A stretch of DNA of 64,000 nucleotides, from contig CAVQXP010000001.1 of NCBI GenBank assembly GCA_963717935.1, positions 96,001 through 160,000 of the forward strand, in the 5' to 3' direction. The stretch is from Candidatus Eiseniibacteriota bacterium. Its GTDB lineage: Bacteria > Eisenbacteria > RBG-16-71-46. The notes below the pieces were generated by a model. That model had not been told where the DNA came from. It was given only the letters and a program-made list of their open reading frames with translations, and made no database searches. This document shows positions 26,751-35,304 of this stretch, piece after piece. Every line of letters starts with the position of its first letter. Position 1 is the first letter of the stretch. Both the position numbers and the translations under genes were made by a program.

Positions 26751-28085
26751 CTACTTGATGATGGTGACCTTGCGGACCGCCGCCTGCTCGCCCTGCTGCA
26801 GGCGAAGCAGGTACATGCCCGGACGCAGGGCGCCCCCCAGATCGAGGTGCACCGTGCGGATGCCCATCTCGCTGCCCGGCAGCGGGAACTCGCGGACACG
26901 ACGCCCGCTGGGATCGAGCAACTCGAGGGTCGCGCGCCCCGTCCCGGCCAGGCTCACGGTCGCGGCCACCCGGCTGCGCGCCGGATTGGGCTGGAGCGCC
27001 GTGATGCCGAACGTGCGGTTCGTCGGCGCCGGCCCGACGCCGATCACGTCACTGACGACGAACTCCTCCTCGTACAGGTTGTCGGACTCGTCGTACTCCG
27101 GGATGAGGTTGTCGGAGTCCACGATGTACGTGAGCAGGTGCGGACCGGGCGTCAGCGCCGGCGCCGGGAACATCACGGTCTCGAAGTCGAACCAGCCGAT
27201 GGCGGGAACCACGCCCCCCGCCAGGAAGCCCCCGTCCAGCCACACCGCCCAGGTGACATCGGTCACGTCGGTCGGTCCGGTGTTGACGATGTCCCACTGC
27301 ACGTCGAATGGCTGGCCGGACTGCGGCGGATCCTCCGGGAGCTTCTTGTTGGTCCCGGAGGTGACGTTCTTCCCGTTCTTGTTGGCTTCCGCCACGGATT
27401 CGGGGCAGACCGTGCCGTCCTTGTGGTTCTTCTTGTACTTGGCGACCGCATCCTTGAACTCCTGGGACGCCGTGCCGGCGGCCGTCGGAGCCGTGATGCT
27501 GCCGCAGCCCGCCTCCCCCTTCGTGCGCGTCCAGGTCCAGGTCACACAGTCGAGGATCTTGCCGTCCGCCTTGCAGACCGCACAGACCTCGAACGTGCTG
27601 ACGACCTTGGTCACGCCATCCGGGTAGCTGGAGTCCCTGATGTTCACGGCGTCCGACATCGTGGTCGGCTTGGCGGTGTGCCCGTCGGACGAGCCGGCGC
27701 TCTTCGTGTCCTTCCCGGCGTCCTCGCCGTTGTAGTACGGGTCCTTTTCGCACACCACGTGATCCACGTACGTGCCACCGGCGGTCATGTCGTCCCCGAG
27801 ATGGACGAAGGCGCCGGACTTGTAGCTCTTCGGGTTGATGGGCTTCCCGTCCTGGTCCGCGTCTCGGCACGTCTGGGTCAGGTAGATCGGGGAGCAATTC
27901 ACCTTGGACGTGTCCGGAGTGTAGGTGATCGAGATGGTGTCCCTCTGCGAGTTACTCGAGGCCTTCCTCACCGTGACGTCGAACTTCCCGTTGGTCCCGA
28001 CGATGGACGCGAGCACGGTCCCGGCGACGATCAGTCCGGCCAGGAGCCCGGCTGCGATGGCGTGGCGCCGCTGGAGCCGGCTCAT
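26751..28085 (-). CDS. Secreted protein: Cys-rich unknown domain + CARDB-like Ig domain + T9SS/FlgD-type C-terminal domain
   Basis: Signal peptide; 8-Cys domain; CARDB signature 'IVNTG...GPH.L...VDSDNLIPEYDESDN'; C-terminus 'QPNP...DPSGRRV...RPGMYLLRL'. Confidence 0.8.
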   Translation of the reverse strand: MSRLQRRHAIAAGLLAGLIVAGTVLASIVGTNGKFDVTVRKASSNSQRDTISITYTPDTSKVNCSPIYLTQTCRDADQDGKPINPKSYKSGAFVHLGDDMTAGGTYVDHVVCEKDPYYNGEDAGKDTKSAGSSDGHTAKPTTMSDAVNIRDSSYPDGVTKVVSTFEVCAVCKADGKILDCVTWTWTRTKGEAGCGSITAPTAAGTASQEFKDAVAKYKKNHKDGTVCPESVAEANKNGKNVTSGTNKKLPEDPPQSGQPFDVQWDIVNTGPTDVTDVTWAVWLDGGFLAGGVVPAIGWFDFETVMFPAPALTPGPHLLTYIVDSDNLIPEYDESDNLYEEEFVVSDVIGVGPAPTNRTFGITALQPNPARSRVAATVSLAGTGRATLELLDPSGRRVREFPLPGSEMGIRTVHLDLGGALRPGMYLLRLQQGEQAAVRKVTIIK

Positions 28086-28687
28086 CGCCTCACCCCCGCC
28101 ATCTGCCGGCGGTAGGAACTGACGGTGGCGGTGTCCGCCGGATTCGTGATCTGGTCTCGCAGCAACTGGAACAGCAGGTCGGTCTCGCCCCGCGTCGCCA
28201 GGTGCTCCCAGCAGAGCGTCAGGGGACCCGAGTCGCGCAGGATCATGAGCGACGCGTTCGGCTCGGAGACGAAGCTCGTGTCGGTGAGCATCGGGTACGC
28301 GGCGATCGCGTCCACGAAGGCCTTGAATTCGAGCGCGGGCACGACCAGCGTGTCGCCGGTGAAGCCATCGTTGCTGTAGTCGAGGTCGCGCTCATACGGC
28401 ACGAATCCAGCGGCGTCGAACACGCGCCCGTCACCGACTCCCGCCATCGAGGGGACCACCTTCTTCTGGTCGCCCAGATAGGTGAACTTGAGCTGATACG
28501 TGGCGTAGTCGGCCAGATTGGGCGACTGGATGGCGGCGAATGGCGCGAGCGGGAGCGTCGCCAGCACGTCGGCCGAGACCGCCGGTGGGTTGTGGCCGAC
28601 CGGCGCGGCTGACCCGAGCAGCAGGAGCGTGCCGAGGAGAAGCGCGCGGACGGGCAGGCGGGTCCAGTGGTAGGAACGCTGGGCCAT
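28082..28687 (-). CDS. Hypothetical exported protein coupled to the CARDB protein
   Basis: RBS AGGAGG before ATG 28687; hydrophobic signal 'ALLLGTLLLLGSAA'; stop overlaps the next ATG (ATGA). Confidence 0.75.
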   Translation of the reverse strand: MAQRSYHWTRLPVRALLLGTLLLLGSAAPVGHNPPAVSADVLATLPLAPFAAIQSPNLADYATYQLKFTYLGDQKKVVPSMAGVGDGRVFDAAGFVPYERDLDYSNDGFTGDTLVVPALEFKAFVDAIAAYPMLTDTSFVSEPNASLMILRDSGPLTLCWEHLATRGETDLLFQLLRDQITNPADTATVSSYRRQMAGVRR

Positions 28688-29441
28688 GGAGGATCCTCCT
28701 TGCACACGAAAGGCCCCCCGGCAGAGGACGAAGATCGTCCCCGGCGGCCGGCTCGGGGCGTGAGCCAAACAGCGATCGAGCGCGGAGCGGCCCGATTGCC
28801 GGTCTGGCAGGGCCGTCCCAAGCGTCTCGTCACCCCGTAGTCTAAGGAAGCACGGCGCCATCTTCTACAACAGTCGTGATCTGGTTCGGGGCCATTTCCG
28901 CGCCCCCCCACCTCGTCAGTCCCGGCCGTCCCGACAGACCGCAGATATTCCGGGATACCTTCCCCCAGGACCAGGCCGCACCCCGCCTCCGGCGGCTCCA
29001 GCCGCGACCCCGCTCGCGAGGGGCGCACGGCTCGACGTCGCTGCGCCCCGAGGCTTCACGACGGGCCCCGTCTTGGCGCAGTCCCGCTCGAGGGACGCCG
29101 CGGGTTCTTGCCCCCTTCCATCCGCCGCTTCGCTGCAAGCCGCCGGACCCCCTCGAGCAGGACCGACTCGCAGGCCCGGGCGCGCCGGAGGCGGATGCGT
29201 CCCGTCTCGTGCCCTGCGAGTTCCACCGTGGTCCTCCGCGTCACGGGCCCGTGTCCGAATTTGACGAATCACCACCACATCTCTGCCACACCGCACGCCT
29301 ATGCTGCGATTGAAGCGAGAGCGGCAGACGGCGCACCCTCCCCGAACCCGGGTGGTGTGTCGTGCGCCGCAGGGGTGTAGAGTCCGAGGGAGACATCCGA
29401 GCTTCGAACCCGCTCACTCAAGTCCTTTCAGGAGGCACGTC

Positions 29442-31763
29442 ATGCCATCGCTGCGAATGATCCAGTCGTTCATCCGACCGGGCGTCGCGAGTCCCCTCGC
29501 CGCGCTCGCGGTGGCCGCGGTGCTCGCGGTGGCCACTCCCGCTCGCGCCGACGATCTTGGCTGGCCACGCCAACTCGATTCCTCGAGCGGTTCGATCGTG
29601 ATCTACCAACCGCAGCCCGAGGATCTCGACGGCGACGTGCTCACCGGCCGCGCCGCGTTCTCGCTGCAGAAGAGCGGGGACGCGAACCCGGTCTTCGGCG
29701 TGCTGTGGTTCACCGAGTTGATCGAGATCGACCGGGACAGCAGCACGGTGAGGGCGCGCGACCTCGACGTCACCAAGGTGCGGCTGCCGGGCATCACGGC
29801 GGCCGAGGCGAGCCGCTACGAGGAGCTCGTCGAGACCGAGGCGGCGCAGTGGGACCTCTCGGGCTCGCTCGAGGAGTTGCAGGCGGGGCTGGCCGCCACC
29901 GAGAGGGACCGCGCCAGCGTCGCGGACCTGAGCAACACTCCTCCCCGCGTCATCTTCGCCTTCGAGCGCGCGATCCTGGTCGCGTACGACGGCGCGCCCG
30001 CGCTCGAGCCGATCGAGGGCTCCAGGCTCGAGCGCGTCGCGAACACGCCCTACGCGGTCGTCTTCGACCCGTCGGGCCGCGACTACTACCTGAACGGCGC
30101 GAACCTCTGGTACACGGCCACCGACCCGCTGGGTCCGTGGACCGACATCCGCAGCGTTCCGTCCGCGGTGCGCGCGATCGTGCCGCCCGACACGTCGTCC
30201 GGCGACCAGGTCCAGGGTCCGCCACCGCTCGTGCTCACCGCCACCGAGCCCACCGAGTTGATCTCGACGGACGGCCCGCCGCGATACGCACCGCTGGTCG
30301 GCGACGAGTTGCTCTACGTCACCAACACCGAGAGCGACGTGCTGCGCGAGGTGAGCTCGCAGGCGCTGTACGTGCTGCTCGCCGGCCGCTGGTACCGGGC
30401 CCCGTCGCCGGATGGGCCGTGGTCGTTCGTGCGCGGCGACCGCCTGCCCGCGAGCTTCAAGCGGATCCCGCCCGACTCGCCCAAGGGCGGCCTCCTGGCG
30501 AGCGTCGCGGGCACCGGCCAGGCCGAGGACGCCGTCGCCGATGCCGAGATCCCGCAGACCAGCGCGATCCGGCGCGGCGAGTGCGATTTCGAGGTGAGCT
30601 ACGACGGAAGCCCGCAGTTCGAGCCCATCGACGGCACCAGCCTGCGGTTCGCGGTCAACACGGGGACCCAGGTCATCCTCGCCGATGAACGCTACTACGC
30701 GTGCGATCAGGGCGTCTGGTACATCTCCGACAGCCCCGAGGGCCCCTGGTGCGTGAGCGAGACGCGGCCGCTCGGCGTGGACGACATCCCGCCCAGCTGC
30801 CCGGTGTACAACGTGCGCTACGTCTACATCTTCGACACGACTCCGGACGTGATCTACGTGGGCTACCTGCCGGGCTACGTCGGCTGCTACCCCTACTATG
30901 GCACGGTCGTCTACGGGACCGGTCACCACTACCGGCCGTGGCGCGGCAGGCACCACTACTACCCGCGATCCACCACGTGGGGCTTCTACGCCCGTTACAA
31001 CCCCTGGTTGAGCCGCTGGAGCTTCGGCTTCAGCTACAGCATGGGCTTCCTCAGGGTCGGCACGCGCTGGCACTCGTCGCCGCAGCCCGCGCAGCACCGC
31101 AGCCCGCCCCTGTGGTTCGGCCCCGGCGGCTACCGCCGCCCCCTGCTGGCCGAGGATCTGACGCCCCTGCGGGCCCGGCGTTCCGGCCCCTCGCGACGGG
31201 GCCTCGGGAATCGCGCGTCCGCGAATCTCTACAATCGCCCGGAGAACGTCGTGCGCGTGGACCGCGCTGCCCTCCGCACGCCCGTGCGCCAGATCGCGCG
31301 TCCCGTGGCGAAACCGACCCCGCTGCCGAACAACGTGTTCGCGGGCAAGGACGGCAGGGTCTACCAGCGGGACGAGCGCGGGAACTGGAAGGTGAACGAG
31401 GGCCGCAAGTGGAAACGGGCGCAGGTGTACGTCGCGCCACGCAGCACTCCGCCTGCAGCAGGCCGCGGGACGGTTGGCGGCTCGACCCCGGGTGCGGCCG
31501 GGCCCGCGGAACGCCCCGTGCAGCGGCCGACGCCCGTGAAGTGGCCGGTGGGGCGCCAGGTGCAGCCGCCCGCACCCCCCTCGGCACCGCCCCCCTCGGC
31601 GCCGACGATCAGTCCGACGCCGGGGAACCTCGAGCGCGAGTATCGCGCCCGCGAGCGTGCCGGTCAGGGAGCGTCCCCGGGTGCGGCCGCGCCGGCTGCG
31701 CGTCCCGAACCCGCCCGCCAGGAACGTTCGAAAGACAAGGCTCCGGCCGAGCGCAAACGCTAG
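29442..31763 (+). CDS. Large exported conserved hypothetical protein with Arg/Pro-rich tail
   Basis: RBS AGGAGG, ATG 29442, signal peptide; 'WPR....G.I.IYQPQ', repeated 'WY.A/S..P.GPW' units, 'GYLPGY', 'NNVFAGKDGRVYQR'. Confidence 0.8.
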   Translation: MPSLRMIQSFIRPGVASPLAALAVAAVLAVATPARADDLGWPRQLDSSSGSIVIYQPQPEDLDGDVLTGRAAFSLQKSGDANPVFGVLWFTELIEIDRDSSTVRARDLDVTKVRLPGITAAEASRYEELVETEAAQWDLSGSLEELQAGLAATERDRASVADLSNTPPRVIFAFERAILVAYDGAPALEPIEGSRLERVANTPYAVVFDPSGRDYYLNGANLWYTATDPLGPWTDIRSVPSAVRAIVPPDTSSGDQVQGPPPLVLTATEPTELISTDGPPRYAPLVGDELLYVTNTESDVLREVSSQALYVLLAGRWYRAPSPDGPWSFVRGDRLPASFKRIPPDSPKGGLLASVAGTGQAEDAVADAEIPQTSAIRRGECDFEVSYDGSPQFEPIDGTSLRFAVNTGTQVILADERYYACDQGVWYISDSPEGPWCVSETRPLGVDDIPPSCPVYNVRYVYIFDTTPDVIYVGYLPGYVGCYPYYGTVVYGTGHHYRPWRGRHHYYPRSTTWGFYARYNPWLSRWSFGFSYSMGFLRVGTRWHSSPQPAQHRSPPLWFGPGGYRRPLLAEDLTPLRARRSGPSRRGLGNRASANLYNRPENVVRVDRAALRTPVRQIARPVAKPTPLPNNVFAGKDGRVYQRDERGNWKVNEGRKWKRAQVYVAPRSTPPAAGRGTVGGSTPGAAGPAERPVQRPTPVKWPVGRQVQPPAPPSAPPPSAPTISPTPGNLEREYRARERAGQGASPGAAAPAARPEPARQERSKDKAPAERKR

Positions 31764-31928
31764 GCGCGAGGCGTCCTGCACGGTACCAACGACGCCGGAG
31801 CCCGTCTCCGGCCACGAGGAGTTGCCTGCGCTGCGTCGGCCACCACTTTCCGGCGCGCGGCTGGCCGATCAGCGCAGAGCCACGCGCCACCTTCGTCCAC
31901 GTCTCTCCTCCAGCACGGGGGCTCGCCC

Positions 31929-32612
31929 ATGATCTCGCCGTCACTTGCGCGTTTCCAGGCCATCCTGGCGATGAGTCTCCTGTTCTGCGGGACCGCCAGC
32001 AGTCAGGACTCACGCCGGACCGCATCCGTGAACGATTCGGCTGGCACGGCGATGCTGATCAACCACCTGCGGGCCAACATCGACGACATCCACGACGTCT
32101 CCATGAGGTTCCATCATCTCGATCATCGGTTGAACGGCCTGATCCGGATCGACATGCATTGGGCCGACGGCCGGATGACGTCTTCGTCGGTGGCCACGAA
32201 CGAGACCAACAGCCGCGCTTTCGCGGACGCCCTGGTGGCGCGTCTCAAGATGTGGCACATCGAGGACCTGGCCGGCGATTTCGACATCAGCCTTCCGTTG
32301 CGGATCAGGATCGTCGGAAGCGATGATTCGACGTTCTCCGAGAAGGGGATCCTGACCGGCGTGATCCGTGACAGGAATGGCGCCCCCGTGAGGGACGCCA
32401 CCCTGGAATTCCGTTCCGCGGCCGACCCGAGCGACACGCTGCGCACCTGCCATTCGAATCGCGAAGGCGTGTTCGTGAAGACGCTGATCCCGGTCGGAAA
32501 GTGGGATGTCGAGTGCAGAGCGAAGGGCTTCGAGCGCGTGGTGTTACGAAACGTCGGCTTCAGGAAGGGCGCGCACCTCCGAAGGACGATCGCTCTGCAG
32601 CGGCTGGAATAG
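31929..32612 (+). CDS. Exported protein with TonB-C-like domain and carboxypeptidase-regulatory-like Ig domain
   Basis: Signal peptide; 'LNG.I.I.M...ADG...V...LK.W.I'; 'ILTGVIRD.NGAPV..AT...SN.EG.F....IP.G.W....A.GF'. Confidence 0.6.
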   Translation: MISPSLARFQAILAMSLLFCGTASSQDSRRTASVNDSAGTAMLINHLRANIDDIHDVSMRFHHLDHRLNGLIRIDMHWADGRMTSSSVATNETNSRAFADALVARLKMWHIEDLAGDFDISLPLRIRIVGSDDSTFSEKGILTGVIRDRNGAPVRDATLEFRSAADPSDTLRTCHSNREGVFVKTLIPVGKWDVECRAKGFERVVLRNVGFRKGAHLRRTIALQRLE

Positions 32613-32618
32613 CCTCCT

Positions 32619-34952
32619 TCAGGAACCGGCCTCGGGGACGGTGCGAGCCCGCCACAGGCGCTCCGCCGCCAGGAGCCCGAACGCCGCCAGGTAGAGCCCC
32701 GCTCCGGCGAGCAGCGCCAGCCGGAACCCGAACGCGAATGCGCCCAGGACGATGAGGGTCGCGCCCAGGACGGAGCCGACACCGTTCACCGCGAAGCCCC
32801 AGTCCACCAGCGGCCCGACGCGCAGCACGCCACGCGGGAACGGCATGCCCATGAAGAAGCCGAGCGGGGCGAGCAGCAACACCGTCACCAGGGCCCGGGC
32901 GGGCAGCGGAAGGGCGCTCAGGGCCCCCGTCACGGCCGGGAGCACGCTCACGTCGAGCAGCAACCAGACCACGATGGCGAGAAAGGCCGTGCGGATCGGC
33001 ACGCGCGCCGCGAACCGGCTCCCCACGCCCGCGGCCACCAGCAGGGTGAGCAGGACCGTCGCCATGCTGTAGACCGAGGCGCCGATGAACAGCGTGTACT
33101 TCTGGATCAGGATCACCTCGACGGACATGAAGGCCATCCCGATCAGCAGGAAGTAGAGCCACCCGGCCGCGGGCAGCTTCTCGCGGCTCGTCAGGTACGG
33201 CAGGAGCACGAGCGGGAGCATCAGCACGACGACGATGCCCAGGATGATGAGGATGATGAGCTGCGAGATCGGCAGTCCCATGAGGTCGGCATACGGGCTC
33301 ACCTTCGCCAGCTTGTCCCCCTCCAGGTTCCGCCAGAGACCCATCTGCGCGACGAAGGGCCGGTCGTCGGTGCACGGCGAGATGTTGACCCGGGCGGTGT
33401 CCGCCACCGGCTGCCAGCCGCGGGTGACGATCTGGTTGATGAGCCGGCCCTTCAGCGAATCCGGTGCCGGGTACACGAGGTGCATGTGGGCCAGCCGCTC
33501 GGGCGTGAGCGGCCCGTAGGCCCGATAGCGGATCTCGTCGGTGAGCGGCTGCTTCGAGAGCAGCAGGAGGTGGCGGCGCAGCTTCGGCAGCCGGTAGACG
33601 GCGAAATGCTGCTCCGGCTTCTCCACGCCCAACTGACGGAGCGCGTCCATGACCTCGCTCACGATGCGTGGCATGTACATCTGGTGCTCGATCGACAGGA
33701 AGCCGTCGTCCGTGAGCGCCAGCCAGTAGTCCTTGAAGGCCTCGGTGGTGAACAGGTAGTTCTCGGCGAGCGCGAAGGCGCCGGAGCCGAGCGCGGCCCA
33801 GGAGTTCGAGCTGAGGGAGTAGATGACGTCGAACTTGTCCCGGTGGCGCCGCACGTAGGTTCGCGCGTCCTCGGTGATGACCTTCACGCGCGGGTCGCGG
33901 TAGAGATGGCCCGAGTACTCCGCGCAGGTGACGATCCTGCCGGTCGAGTCCAGCGTCGTGGAGTCGCGCACGACGTAGCCCGACGGGTCCCCCACCAGCA
34001 TCATCCGGTTGATCTGCGGGATGACCTCGACCGCGTGGACCTCCGCGGCGCCCTTTTCCAGCGCCTGCAGCACGTCGGAGCCACCGCCGGAGCCGAGCGA
34101 GAGGAACGTGCACCGCTCGAATCGGTCGACCAGGTAGCCGACGTCGATGTCCCAGCGCGTGTACGTGGTATCACGGCCCACGGCCTTCCAGTCCCCGTCG
34201 AAGGGGAGCACCGGCGTGTTCGCGACGTTGTCGATGTTGATGCCCCGCGCCTCGCCCCCGAAGTCGAAGAGCTTGAGCTTGGCCATCGCGTCCCAGTGCT
34301 TGTAGATCACCGGGGCGCGCTCCTCGCGCCTGGCCTCGAGCAGGCCCTCCGCCCGGGCGCCGAACGCCGCGGCCGCGACGACCAGCACCAGCGGGATCGC
34401 CTTCTGCCAGCCGCGGCTCGCGAGCAGCGCGCCCAGCAGGGCCGGCAGCGGGATCCAGGCCACGGCCAGCGGCGTGCCCAGGACGTTCATGCCCACGACG
34501 GCGACCAGCACGCCCAGGCCGGCGCCGACCAGGTCGGCCATGTAGAGCTTCGGGATCTCGCCGGCGTCGTGCTTGAAGATCATGGACAGGGCCATGCCGC
34601 CGAAGAAGAACGGCAGGCCCAGCGCGAGGATGGTCAGGACGAACTTGCCGATCATGTCCCACCGGCTGAAGAGCAGCGCGAAGTCCACGCCGATGAGGAA
34701 CGTGACGGGCGGCCCGAGCAGCGCCGCGGCGGCCGCGAGGGACAGGATGGGGCCGAGATGGCGCTCCCGATCCAGTCCGGGAACGAGGCGCAGCGCCAGC
34801 GCTCCGAGCCCGAGCCCCAGGACGGCGAGCGAGAGCGTCAGGAACGCGAAGGTGTAGAAGAACTCCGCCGAGAACAGCCGCGTCCAGACGAGTTCCAGGG
34901 CGATGAGCGTGATCGAGACCAGGGCCACGATGATCAGCTTGGTGGCTTTCAT
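32619..34952 (-). CDS. Membrane-embedded spermidine-synthase-like class I SAM-binding protein
   Basis: N-terminal TM block ('ELVWTR', 'LYMADLVGAG'), 'LGSGGGSDV', 'VEVIPQI', 'EDAR', 'ENYLFT.EAF', 'TDDRPF', C-terminal TM block ('GFFMGMPFP'). Confidence 0.85.
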   Translation of the reverse strand: MKATKLIIVALVSITLIALELVWTRLFSAEFFYTFAFLTLSLAVLGLGLGALALRLVPGLDRERHLGPILSLAAAAALLGPPVTFLIGVDFALLFSRWDMIGKFVLTILALGLPFFFGGMALSMIFKHDAGEIPKLYMADLVGAGLGVLVAVVGMNVLGTPLAVAWIPLPALLGALLASRGWQKAIPLVLVVAAAAFGARAEGLLEARREERAPVIYKHWDAMAKLKLFDFGGEARGINIDNVANTPVLPFDGDWKAVGRDTTYTRWDIDVGYLVDRFERCTFLSLGSGGGSDVLQALEKGAAEVHAVEVIPQINRMMLVGDPSGYVVRDSTTLDSTGRIVTCAEYSGHLYRDPRVKVITEDARTYVRRHRDKFDVIYSLSSNSWAALGSGAFALAENYLFTTEAFKDYWLALTDDGFLSIEHQMYMPRIVSEVMDALRQLGVEKPEQHFAVYRLPKLRRHLLLLSKQPLTDEIRYRAYGPLTPERLAHMHLVYPAPDSLKGRLINQIVTRGWQPVADTARVNISPCTDDRPFVAQMGLWRNLEGDKLAKVSPYADLMGLPISQLIILIILGIVVVLMLPLVLLPYLTSREKLPAAGWLYFLLIGMAFMSVEVILIQKYTLFIGASVYSMATVLLTLLVAAGVGSRFAARVPIRTAFLAIVVWLLLDVSVLPAVTGALSALPLPARALVTVLLLAPLGFFMGMPFPRGVLRVGPLVDWGFAVNGVGSVLGATLIVLGAFAFGFRLALLAGAGLYLAAFGLLAAERLWRARTVPEAGS

Positions 34953-35304
34953 CCGTCGATGTCCTCTGCGCGCTCGACCGTCTCCTGCGGGGCCGTGGCC
35001 GTTGCGGCGCGGGACGGGCGATCCTGGTGCGACCCATGGGAGCCCGAGTACCGGCCTGCCACCGGCGGCGCCCGGGCATGCGCCCCGGGATCATCCAGCC
35101 AGCGGCCGTCGGGGCTCCGGAATCCGACTGACCTCCCCGCAGGCTAGGCCGGGCCGGCACGGAAGTGGGGCGCAGTTCAGCGAGGGCGGGCAATCCCCGG
35201 ACGGGCGCCACGGAATGCCGCACCGCCGCCGGGCCCGAAGCGGCGCGGCGCGGAACCCGCAGGGGCGTTCCGCGCCGCACGTGATGGAACGGGCTGGCGT
35301 CCCG

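Noticed and set aside
28690..29440. Hidden gene or ncRNA in the 750-bp divergent intergenic region
   Set aside because: Short ORFs lack a convincing RBS or motif, and I could not match any RNA family; left unannotated.
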